Shown here one piece after another: positions 28,429-37,960 of a DNA stretch of 64,000 nt. Both the position numbers and the translations under genes were made by a program. The stretch is from Promethearchaeota archaeon. Lineage in GTDB: Archaea > Asgardarchaeota > Lokiarchaeia > Sigyniarchaeales > SOKP01. The DNA lies in assembly GCA_019058245.1 (NCBI GenBank), contig JAHPZJ010000030.1:128001-192000 (forward strand). Direction: 5' to 3'. Below the pieces are notes generated by a model, which saw nothing but the letters and a program-made list of their open reading frames with translations, did no database searches and had not been told where the DNA came from. Each line of letters opens with the position of its first letter. The first letter of the stretch is position 1.

Positions 28429-29529
28429 TTAATTTTGAAATTGTTGCTTTATTCTATTGAAAAGTGGTTTATTTCTATCTATACAGTTTACATCTGATAA
28501 TTTCCAATTTCCATTAGGATAATAGACTAAAATAGTTGAATCAAATAATTTCCAATTTATATTATTAAACCCAATATCATAACCCACCACTTTAAATCCT
28601 TTTTTCAAAGCAAGAGACATTGAGTTTATTCCATTATCTGTAGTTGGAATGTTCCATAGAATTATTCTCCAATTTTTATATCTCTTTAATAAATTGTTAA
28701 GAGATTTTTCGTTAATATAACCATATAATTTCAAATTCGCCATATAATAATCTTTAGAGACACCATAGAGTTCATAACTTTTGCTCGTATCTACTTTTTT
28801 AGTAATTAAGGTATCACATTTCATCTTCTTAGATTGATCCTTAATAAATTCATAAGTAGAGATTATATATTCATTATCTAATAGAAAAACAGTATTATCC
28901 CTTTTTTTCCATAAATTTTTAAAAATTATTGAATATAATATGGCAGATTCTTCTATTTGGGGGGGACTTGGATTGTTATCATTTAATTCAATATACCTTT
29001 TATCTCCAAAATTGATATACGAAGGAATTATACTTTGTAATATTGCCCCGGCATTTTGAGCAGCGATTTGAACATTAGCCTTAGGACCACGAACCTCAGT
29101 ATCAACCCTCAATACATTTTTAAAACGTGGCATTTTTAAGATAGTTATAAGTCCTGCTCCTACTATTCTTGTAGTAATTCCTTGACCTTGAAAATCTTTC
29201 CTTACTATCAAACTACCAGCATGACCGATATATCTCTCTTTTTCAACTAAAGCACAACCAACAGTTACTTTGTTTTCTAATAAATCACATAGAACCCATA
29301 ATTTATTTGGATTTACGATATCTTTTTTTAAAAGTTCAATATCATAGACAATAGGATTAATGTAATTATAATTATATACTTCTCTAAACATAGATGAGAT
29401 ATTTTTTGCATCTTTTAGGGTGGCAAATCTTATTCCATATTCATTTTCACCTTTAAGAATGAATTTTTGAAAATATCTCTCTTTCTCTTTTTTTGCGTTT
29501 TTTAACTCTATTTTACTAATTGCAGCCAC
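28429..29529 (-). CDS. GNAT-domain protein
   Basis: IRFATLKDA and acetyl-CoA motif IVRKDFQGQGI. Confidence 0.65.
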   Translation of the reverse strand: MAAISKIELKNAKKEKERYFQKFILKGENEYGIRFATLKDAKNISSMFREVYNYNYINPIVYDIELLKKDIVNPNKLWVLCDLLENKVTVGCALVEKERYIGHAGSLIVRKDFQGQGITTRIVGAGLITILKMPRFKNVLRVDTEVRGPKANVQIAAQNAGAILQSIIPSYINFGDKRYIELNDNNPSPPQIEESAILYSIIFKNLWKKRDNTVFLLDNEYIISTYEFIKDQSKKMKCDTLITKKVDTSKSYELYGVSKDYYMANLKLYGYINEKSLNNLLKRYKNWRIILWNIPTTDNGINSMSLALKKGFKVVGYDIGFNNINWKLFDSTILVYYPNGNWKLSDVNCIDRNKPLFNRIKQQFQN

Positions 29530-29696
29530 TGTACTAATCCCCTTGCCTTTATCGACAAAAATTTGGTTAAGTAATTGTTTTTAATAAGATATTTAAAATT
29601 TTCTAAAATTTCATAGGAAAAAAAAGAAAATTTGTCAAGATATAAAATGATTAGATTTATGAAAAGTCAATCTCTTTAAATTAGAGAAGTATTTTA

Positions 29697-30449
29697 TCAT
29701 AATTTTAATTTGGCACCAATTCCGTTATACATAAGATAACCCCAAAGTATTACTGAAACAGAAAGAATACTAATTAATATTCTAAAATTATAATCTTTTA
29801 CCGGATCCAAGAGATTATATACACACAACGAATAAAAAATATAAGCCACTCCTAAAAAACCCACTAAATGATATTTCCACTTTTTTTTTAATGCACTTGA
29901 TTCGAACTGAAAATAGATTTTAAAATTTGTATAAATAACTGGAATATTTGTAAAACAGCTTATTACTGTAATTACATACATAAAAAAAATCAAACCCCAT
30001 TTAGGTGCTCCATTAATTATTTGAATTCCCAAAAATGGTTCTAATGAATTATCAAGAATTTCTCCTAGCAGAACTAGTATTATCATACCTGCTAATAACA
30101 CAGTTCCATATAGTAAAATAAATTTCAATTGTCGTTTAACAGAATAAACGAGAGTTGATTCTAGTATTATCATATTTACAATAAGAAGAAAAATTGGACC
30201 TAAAAAAAAAAAGTAATTAGTCAAGAAATTTAGAATTAAAATTGCTAATCTATTACTTATACCAGCATATACCATATTTAAAACAAAACCAATTGAATAA
30301 CAAATAAAAAATCCACTAGCAACAATATTTAGCCGTTGTCTATTTCTTTTTAGAATTTTATAAGCTATCATTGAAAAATAGACAAATGAAATAGTAAAAA
30401 CTATATAAATTATTATAGTTCTTGTAAGATCAATCTGAAAAAATACTAT
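29697..30449 (-). CDS. Stand-alone 7TM membrane protein, probably starting at a non-canonical ATA
   Basis: Paralogue of 26688-27407. The frame extends 26 codons upstream of ATG 30371, supplying TM1 and aligning without gaps to the paralogue's Met1. Confidence 0.72.
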   Translation of the reverse strand: MVFFQIDLTRTIIIYIVFTISFVYFSMIAYKILKRNRQRLNIVASGFFICYSIGFVLNMVYAGISNRLAILILNFLTNYFFFLGPIFLLIVNMIILESTLVYSVKRQLKFILLYGTVLLAGMIILVLLGEILDNSLEPFLGIQIINGAPKWGLIFFMYVITVISCFTNIPVIYTNFKIYFQFESSALKKKWKYHLVGFLGVAYIFYSLCVYNLLDPVKDYNFRILISILSVSVILWGYLMYNGIGAKLKL

Positions 30450-30671
30450 TATGTTGCACCAAATATTTGTTAATTAGTTATTTATTTTAGAATTCTTTTT
30501 TCGTCTATAAATAAATTTCTTATTAATTTATTACAAATAATTATTTGACAATAATGTTATGATAAAAAAATGGCTCTGTTTTCAAAATAATTAAATTAAC
30601 TAAATATAAATTCTCTTTTACTTTATAAAAATTAGAGAAAATTAATTAGTATTTAAAAAGCAAAACTAATT

Positions 30672-31247
30672 TTACATAAAACTTAATTTCTTTAATCTAA
30701 GAGGAATATCCCATTGTTTCAAGAATTTTACAACACTATAAGGTAAAAATTGTTCCCATTCCTTATCTTGAATTATAGCTTCACGAATATCACTTGAGCT
30801 TAACCCTTTCTTCTCAGGCGTAACTTCCCATAGAATGTGAATTTTCAATCCTAATAACTCAAATTTTTTTTTTTTTTCTCTACCCCAATCATCATAAATT
30901 GTGAGAAAGAATACCGCGTCTATTGGTACATAGTATTTAATTAGTTCTGGTACATTTATAGGGAATGGGACAATAGAAAAATCAGTAAAGTGTAAGTTTT
31001 GTTCTAAAAGAGCTTCTTGTAACATTCTATAACGTTCATAGTATGTTAAGGGATTGGCAATAGGGGTACTCCTATGAGGATTTGTCTCTGAATCTCTGGT
31101 TAGGGAAGGATCCGGATTGGTAATACCTACTATAAGATGGTTGCATAATTGTTTTCCTGCTAAGAGGTATTTTATATGATCATTATGTAAAATTTGGAAT
31201 CTTCCATGAATCACGCCAATATCGTATTTAGGTTCTTTACTATCCAT
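30672..31247 (-). CDS. Nicotinamide/nicotinate-nucleotide adenylyltransferase
   Basis: GVIHGRFQILHNDH (HxGH-like), LIVGITNPD, NPLTYYER, SSSDIR. Confidence 0.85.
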   Translation of the reverse strand: MDSKEPKYDIGVIHGRFQILHNDHIKYLLAGKQLCNHLIVGITNPDPSLTRDSETNPHRSTPIANPLTYYERYRMLQEALLEQNLHFTDFSIVPFPINVPELIKYYVPIDAVFFLTIYDDWGREKKKKFELLGLKIHILWEVTPEKKGLSSSDIREAIIQDKEWEQFLPYSVVKFLKQWDIPLRLKKLSFM

Positions 31248-31439
31248 TTTATTTATAATTTATAGATAGATTATTGTAAGTTAAATAATTCAAAAACCAT
31301 TATAATGTTTTTTTTATTATTATGATTTCTAGTTACCTTTTTAGTACTTCGAACAGTTAAAAAGCTGGTTACGATTTAAAATTATTAAATGACAAATTAT
31401 TTTTAAATAAAAGAAAGAAAGTATAATCAAATAAAGAGT

Positions 31440-31907
31440 TTAAATATAGTATCCCGTGTTATCTTCTTTATATTTATCCTTGTCGTCATCCTTGTCATCA
31501 TCATCATTTCCTAGCAATTTTTTATAGAAATATTTCATCATTTTCTCAGGATCACCTTCAAAATCTTTAAGATCTTTTAAATCACGAGGATCAATTCGTA
31601 TAATACCCCCTTTTTTCAAGGGAATAATTTTATTACGAAATGTTTTTTCCATTCTTTCTTGTTCTCTCTCATTTTGAAGTAGTTCTTTTTTCATTAAATC
31701 TTTCAATTCATTTACGACAAGTTTATCCAAATAACTCGGATCAAATTCAAGAAGTTCTTCTGTACTGTAGAATTTACTAATTCTTTTAATAGCTCTATCT
31801 TTTTTGAATTCAGGGATTTGACTAATGCTTTCAAGATTGAGCAATGATAAAATATTTAACCAATCAAGTTTAGTAGTCCAACAGTATTGTTTATCGTCTT
31901 CTTCCAT
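31440..31907 (-). CDS. Hypothetical protein with acidic C-terminal tail
   Basis: 155-aa ORF ending DDDDKDDDKDKYKEDNTGYYI. Confidence 0.7.
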   Translation of the reverse strand: MEEDDKQYCWTTKLDWLNILSLLNLESISQIPEFKKDRAIKRISKFYSTEELLEFDPSYLDKLVVNELKDLMKKELLQNEREQERMEKTFRNKIIPLKKGGIIRIDPRDLKDLKDFEGDPEKMMKYFYKKLLGNDDDDKDDDKDKYKEDNTGYYI

Positions 31908-32125
31908 TTTTAATACAATTTTTTAGCTAATTGATAAAATGCATTGAATAAAATAAACTTTTTTTAAAAAATACTATTTTGCAAACAACAATAGAACTTA
32001 ATAAATTTATTTATTTTAGTATATAATTTTCAGAGATAATGTAATTCATAAATCGCTTGCTCCTTTTTGAATTATTGAACAGAGATTTTTTGATTATAAA
32101 ATAAAAGGAATAATTATAAGAAAAA

Positions 32126-32962
32126 CTAACTCCGGATGAAATCTAGAATTTTTGAAGCTACAAACTCAGGAGCATCATGAGTAATCCAATGAGTAGATTT
32201 TTCATGTTTTTCTATTCGCAAATCCTTGACATAATCAGATAATCCTTCCAATAATTGTGGTCTTAGCGCTAGATCCTTCATACCCCAGAGAACTAAGGTT
32301 GGAACTTCAATTATTCCAGTCCAATCACTATAATCATTTTTTGCTCTATAATAATTCACCCCTCCTAATATTGCCCCCGGTTGAGACCATGCTTCAATAT
32401 ATTTCTTCTTATCTAATTCACTAAAATTATCATTGAAGACTACACTTTTCAATGCTTTATAGTTATTTTCTATTAAATACTTCTCACCATTTAGTTGTTG
32501 AAATCTTAAAATATAAGAACTTGCTTTTTGTTGCTCTTTACTTGTTCTTAGAATTTGTGCGAATATTTTATTGTGTGGAGCATTTAATATAATTAATTTT
32601 TCTAAAAGTTCTGGATATTTTTCAGCAAATAACCAAGATATTACTCCTCCCCAATCATGTCCTGCTAATGAAAATTTTCCTAATTTTAACTTTTCGCTTA
32701 AACCTTTAATGTCCTCTAATATAATTTCTGTTTTATAATTTTCAGCACCCTCTGGTTTATCAGACAAATTATATCCTCTCATATCAGGGATTACTAATTT
32801 AAAGTTGTCCTTAAGGAGAGGAATAATTCTTGACCAACAATACCAGAATTCTGGAAATCCATGTAATAAGATCAGCGGCTTTCTAGATCCAGCAATTATA
32901 GTATGAAGTTTTATCCCATTAGTTTCAATATATTTCTCTTCTATTCCATTTAGGATTGTCAT
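32126..32962 (-). CDS. Alpha/beta hydrolase (epoxide hydrolase-like)
   Basis: LLHGFPEFWYCW, DMRGYNLSDKP, GHDWGG, NYYRA, catalytic HW. Confidence 0.93.
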   Translation of the reverse strand: MTILNGIEEKYIETNGIKLHTIIAGSRKPLILLHGFPEFWYCWSRIIPLLKDNFKLVIPDMRGYNLSDKPEGAENYKTEIILEDIKGLSEKLKLGKFSLAGHDWGGVISWLFAEKYPELLEKLIILNAPHNKIFAQILRTSKEQQKASSYILRFQQLNGEKYLIENNYKALKSVVFNDNFSELDKKKYIEAWSQPGAILGGVNYYRAKNDYSDWTGIIEVPTLVLWGMKDLALRPQLLEGLSDYVKDLRIEKHEKSTHWITHDAPEFVASKILDFIRS

Positions 32963-33431
32963 AGTTGTTAAAATGTAAACAATTATTAAATATTTAATGA
33001 AATAGGATTAAGTTAAGGATAAATAAATTGAAAATAAGAGAAGAGTTAGAAATTCTAATCAATAAATATATTGATTTTAGAATTCGAAATAATTCAAAAA
33101 TGATTCTTTAAAATCCTTTATATATGAATTGTCAATTTCACCGAATTTATAGTGTCCATGTGGTAATTTAACCTTTCCTGAAAGGTATTTTTTTAAGGCA
33201 AGTTCATAATCATTAATCGCTAAACTATTTTGTTCAGCGAACTTGATTTCACCAAAATATTTTATTAAGAAATCTGGTTCAAATATAATCACTTTAGCAA
33301 GTTCACCATTATTAAGTATTATTCAAATGTTTTTTTAATTAAATAGTTATTTCGATTATTAAAGATAGGTAAGTATATAAATCTTTTCCTACACTTACAA
33401 TGGATAAAGTTACTTAGTTTTCACCGAATCC

Positions 33432-33455
33432 TCATTCACTGAATGAACGTTCATT
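33432..33455. promoter_or_regulatory. Overlapping palindromes, candidate TetR operator
   Basis: AATGAACGTTCATT (33442-33455) is a perfect palindrome and overlaps TCATTCA-C-TGAATGA (33432-33446), upstream of the TetR gene. Confidence 0.5.
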
Positions 33456-33780
33456 TATTAAGTTCTTATCTTTATTATACAAGAAAATAATAGAAAAAGA
33501 TAAGATTTTAATACTATTTTAATAATTTGATACATTGAATAAATTTCTAAAATAGTTTCTTTTTATTAATTCCTTATTTTATTTTTATGATTTTACGTCT
33601 TAGGGGTAATATTCAATAAATAAAGAAAAAAAAACTCCAGAACTCTAAGATGCGTGATAGAACAATTTAAATTGAAAATTAAAAAGTAATAAATTATAAC
33701 ATAATTTCTTAAAATGTAATAATAATTTTAATGAATTTTGATATAATATAAACTATTTATTATTTTTGAGTTGACTAGAA

Positions 33781-34395
33781 TTGTCGGTGAGGGCTAGAAA
33801 ATCTGAAATTATTAAAAAAGAAAAACGCAATTTGTTTATTATATCTTCTCTCTCAGTTTTTGAAGAGAAAGGATTTAATAACGCTCGTATAAAAGATATC
33901 ACAAAAAAGGCAGGAACGTCTGTAGGGAACTTCTATAATTATTTTAAAAGTAAAGAGGATGTTATCGAAGTTATAATTAGTGGACTAACTGAGCTTATGG
34001 TTAATAAATTTAAAAGATTATTTATTTATTTTCAGGAAAATAGATTTCCCCCTATTTCTGCGGTCAAGAATCTTTTTCGAGGATATGCTAAAATGTTTAA
34101 AGAAAAAAAAGAAAGTTTTTTAATTTTCTTTGAGCAGATGGGAGGAATGGATCAGAAATATCGAGACAAAAGAAATGAGATTCTTGACAATTTTACAAAT
34201 GAAGTAGAAAAACTTATCTTGAGACTTATAGAATTTGGAGCTCGTAATCAAAATCCTAAAATAACGGCAAGAATCTGGACCTCTACGGTACTTGGAGTTT
34301 TTATTTGGTGGATTCGGAGTGATTTTGAAATTGAAGAAGAAGAACTTATAGAAAATTTAACAGAAGTACTTGTTAAAGGGACTATGTCAAATTAA
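33781..34395 (+). CDS. TetR/AcrR family transcriptional regulator
   Basis: VFEEKGFNNARIKDITKKAGTSVGNFYNYFKSKE HTH. Confidence 0.93.
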   Translation: MSVRARKSEIIKKEKRNLFIISSLSVFEEKGFNNARIKDITKKAGTSVGNFYNYFKSKEDVIEVIISGLTELMVNKFKRLFIYFQENRFPPISAVKNLFRGYAKMFKEKKESFLIFFEQMGGMDQKYRDKRNEILDNFTNEVEKLILRLIEFGARNQNPKITARIWTSTVLGVFIWWIRSDFEIEEEELIENLTEVLVKGTMSN

Positions 34396-34569
34396 TTATT
34401 TTCAAGATATTCTTTTTTTTGATTTAAAATATTTATTTTGGATATTTTTATATTTTTAGTAGGAGTCTTAATATTCTAAAAATAGTCTTACAATAGTTAT
34501 AATTATAAACAATAAATTTAATTAATACTTGGAGAATTCACATTTTAAAATTATAGGGCTTAAAATTAA

Positions 34570-35517
34570 ATGAATAGAGAAATTGATGATAGAACTTACT
34601 TGAATTTTCTTTTACAATCTTTAAATGTTGATGATTTGAAACAAATTTGCCGAGATTTTGAGATAAAAGGATTTTCAAAATTCAAGAAATCTGAGTTAAT
34701 TGATTATATACTTGATTCATTAGCAGAAGAAGAGTTTAAAGATCTTATACAAAAAAAAGAACTTGAAATTGTAACTGAAGGAATCAATTTAGCTTTTAAA
34801 AAGATTAATGGGGAAGATAGAGAAAGTATTTTAGAAATTAAAATTGTAAATCCTGATAAACATGAAATAGAATTGTTGTTTAAAGGTTTTAGTTGGGAAG
34901 TTCAATCATACTTATCTATTACTCCAAAAAATATTCAAAATCCTGAACGTGATTGTGATTGTCGAATAGGGGCAAATATGGGATTCTGCAGTCATTTTTG
35001 GATAGGTTTTATCTATTCATTAAAACAGAAATGGTTTAGACTAAAAGATTGGTCTCTAACAGCTCTACCTAATGATTTTGAAGAAAAAATTACGTCAATT
35101 AAATTAGCTGAAAGTCATATAGGCGAAAAAGGAGATAAAATAAAGGAATCAGTAATATTAATCGATGAATCCTCATCAAGAGTGGAACTCATGAGTTATT
35201 TAAACACATCAATAACTGTATATGAATGCGAAATAACAGATATTCTTGAAAGAGAATCTGACTTTCAGGGGAATATCACGAAGTTTTTTATAGTTTCGCT
35301 TAAAGATTTGAATATTGGTCCAAAATTGAAAAAAAAAAGCGATTTCACTGAAAAAGATATTAAGAATGTTGAAAATTTGAAAGTGAGAATATCTGAAAAA
35401 ATTCAATATGAAAATAATTTAATAAACGGAGATAAGATTAATTTCAGTGGAAAGTTAGTAAAAGATAATTATTTAGGGTTTATAATCAAGAATGTTCGAA
35501 AGGTTTCGAGGATATAA
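34570..35517 (+). CDS. HeH (Rho-N/SAP-like) plus SWIM Zn-finger plus OB-fold-like protein
   Basis: LNVDDLKQICRDFEIKGFSKFKKSELIDYI; CDC-x9-CSH; C-terminal beta-rich GDKINFSGKL. Confidence 0.6.
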   Translation: MNREIDDRTYLNFLLQSLNVDDLKQICRDFEIKGFSKFKKSELIDYILDSLAEEEFKDLIQKKELEIVTEGINLAFKKINGEDRESILEIKIVNPDKHEIELLFKGFSWEVQSYLSITPKNIQNPERDCDCRIGANMGFCSHFWIGFIYSLKQKWFRLKDWSLTALPNDFEEKITSIKLAESHIGEKGDKIKESVILIDESSSRVELMSYLNTSITVYECEITDILERESDFQGNITKFFIVSLKDLNIGPKLKKKSDFTEKDIKNVENLKVRISEKIQYENNLINGDKINFSGKLVKDNYLGFIIKNVRKVSRI

Positions 35518-35675
35518 TTTATTATTAAATATTTTTTTAATATATTTAGCTATAAAATTGCCCTCCTTAGGAGATTATTAATATAGGAAGTAGATTTTAT
35601 TAATACTAATTTATTCTCTTATATAAACTCCTTCTATGAAATAAGAGTTTAATATTTAGCTGTGGGATATCAATA

Positions 35676-36557
35676 ATGACTAAAACTATGAAATATAAAC
35701 CTAAAATCATGAAAGAAAAGATCTGTATGATTACAGGAGCTAATTCGGGCATTGGTAAAGCAACTGCTATTGAATTAGCACATCTAGGAGCTACATTAAT
35801 TTTAGTATGTCGTAGTCAAATCCGCGCAGAAAAATCTATAAATGAAATAAAAAAGAAAACTGGGAATGAATCAATTGATTTAATATTAGCTGACTTATCT
35901 TCTCAGAGAGAGATACATAATCTTGTATCAGAATTTAAAAGTAGATATAATAAATTACATGTGCTAATTAATAATGCTGGAGTAAATCTAAGCAAACGGA
36001 TAATGACTATAGATGGGATTGAAGCCACCTTTGCTGTAAACTATTTATCTCAATATATTTTATGTAATTTATTGTTTAATACTTTAAAAAATAGTGCTCC
36101 AGCTAGAATAATAAATGTAGCGTCAAGTTATCAAGCTAAAGCTATTAATTTTGAAGATTTAAATGGAGAAAAACATTATAAACAAATGAAAGCATATATG
36201 CAATCCAAATTGGCAGTTGTTCTTTTTACTTATGAATTTGCTAGAAGAATTAGGGAAAGTGGAGTTTCAGTGAATTGCTTACATCCTGGAATTATAAAAA
36301 CAAATATAGTACGTAATTTTCGACCTTTCGTTAAATATTTTTACCCTTTGATTGGTTTATTTATGAAAAGTCCTAAGCGTGGAGCTAAAACTTCGGTTTA
36401 TTTAGCATCTAATCCTGAAGTTGATGGAATAACTGGACAATACTTTAAAAGAAGAAAAAAAGCAAAATCTGTTAAAATTTCATATGATGTAGCGTTAGCA
36501 GAACAGTTATGGGATGTTAGCGTTCAATTAACTAATGTGGATCTCAAAAATAACTAA
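35676..36557 (+). CDS. Short-chain dehydrogenase/reductase (retinol dehydrogenase-like)
   Basis: ITGANSGIG, LINNAG, YMQSK (YxxxK), LHPG. Confidence 0.93.
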   Translation: MTKTMKYKPKIMKEKICMITGANSGIGKATAIELAHLGATLILVCRSQIRAEKSINEIKKKTGNESIDLILADLSSQREIHNLVSEFKSRYNKLHVLINNAGVNLSKRIMTIDGIEATFAVNYLSQYILCNLLFNTLKNSAPARIINVASSYQAKAINFEDLNGEKHYKQMKAYMQSKLAVVLFTYEFARRIRESGVSVNCLHPGIIKTNIVRNFRPFVKYFYPLIGLFMKSPKRGAKTSVYLASNPEVDGITGQYFKRRKKAKSVKISYDVALAEQLWDVSVQLTNVDLKNN

Positions 36558-36574
36558 TTTAAATAAAAAAGGGA

Positions 36575-37960
36575 TTATTTGTTAATATAATTCATTTTTA
36601 GTGTATCTGTAAGCTGTTGCAGTTTTTTTGAAACCTTTACATTAGGAACCACAATTTTTTCTAACTTTTTATAAAAATCAGGTAGTTTCTTAATATTATC
36701 TAAATAGAAGTTTTGGATTTCATTGATATTCGGTATTTTCGATAAAATTTTACCATTTTTCATAACTGGAATTAATAATGGTTCAGCATTAGGAGGAATA
36801 AGTTCATTTTCAAGTGATAGTAAATCCTCTTTGAACATTCCATTTTTATCATAAATTCTATATACTTGTTTTTTCCCAGGATAGGTAATTTTTTCTTCAC
36901 TAAACTTTATTTTAGGGATATTATTATATTCTATTATTTTATATACACCAGAGATAGTTGGATCATCTCTAGAGGTAGCTAATTCCGTTCCTACACCAAA
37001 AGCATCGATAGGGGTGTTTTTATCAATCATTTCTTTAATCTTATATTCATTTAAATCTGAACTTGCTACAATTATTACTTTATCACATCCATTTTTATCC
37101 AAAATCTCTCGAACCCTCTTAGCATGTTCAATGAGATCTCCTGAATCAATTCTAACTCCTTTAATATTATTTCCAAATTTGCACGATTTTTTCGCTCCAA
37201 TTTCAGTATCATATGTATCTATGAGAAGTATTGAATCCTTATCATATATTTTATAATATGAATTAAAACTCTCTAACTCATCATCGAATTTTTGTACAAA
37301 GCTATGAGCCATAGTACCTGTAGAATTAATTGCTAATTCTAGATCTGCAATAACATTGCTAGTTCCATTAAATCCAGCAATATAGCTTGCTCTTGCGGCA
37401 TAGACTCCCGCAAGAGGGCTGTGAGACCGTCTCGTACCAAATTCAAGAAGAACTTTATTAAGAGCAACATTTTTAATTCGTGACGCTTTGGATGCAACAA
37501 GAGTTTGAAAATTAATTACATTAAGTAAATATGTTTCTGCAATCTGAGCATGGAAAATAGGACCTTGTATTCTCACTATTGGTTCATTTGGGAAGAAAAA
37601 GTTTCCTTCTTTCATCGCCCATACATCCACATCAAATTTAAATTTTGGTAGGTACTCATCAAAAAAACTCGAATCAATATTTTTAAATACTGGTTTTTTT
37701 CTCAAAAACTCGATCGTTCGTTCTGAAAATTTAGCATTCTGTAAAAAATGTAGAACCTGTTCTAATCCCGCAAATATTAAATAATTACGATTTCTTGGAA
37801 ATTTTCTGATAAATAGTTCAAAAGTAGCTATATCATTCTCATTTTCTGTCTTATTATCAAGATAATACTGATAGTATGCCGCACCCATTGTTAATTGATA
37901 GAAATCTGTGGCTAAAATCATATTACTATCATTAACAAACCCTGAGTTAAAATCATTCAT
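36575..37960 (-). CDS. pncB: Nicotinate phosphoribosyltransferase
   Basis: TDFYQLTM, EFGTRRSH, GTMAHSFV, LIDTYD, GVRIDSGD, FGVGT. Confidence 0.95.
   Translation of the reverse strand: MNDFNSGFVNDSNMILATDFYQLTMGAAYYQYYLDNKTENENDIATFELFIRKFPRNRNYLIFAGLEQVLHFLQNAKFSERTIEFLRKKPVFKNIDSSFFDEYLPKFKFDVDVWAMKEGNFFFPNEPIVRIQGPIFHAQIAETYLLNVINFQTLVASKASRIKNVALNKVLLEFGTRRSHSPLAGVYAARASYIAGFNGTSNVIADLELAINSTGTMAHSFVQKFDDELESFNSYYKIYDKDSILLIDTYDTEIGAKKSCKFGNNIKGVRIDSGDLIEHAKRVREILDKNGCDKVIIVASSDLNEYKIKEMIDKNTPIDAFGVGTELATSRDDPTISGVYKIIEYNNIPKIKFSEEKITYPGKKQVYRIYDKNGMFKEDLLSLENELIPPNAEPLLIPVMKNGKILSKIPNINEIQNFYLDNIKKLPDFYKKLEKIVVPNVKVSKKLQQLTDTLKMNYINK

Noticed and set aside
33077-33292. 71-aa minus-strand ORF
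   Set aside because: No recognisable motif and a weak start; may be a remnant but cannot be supported.
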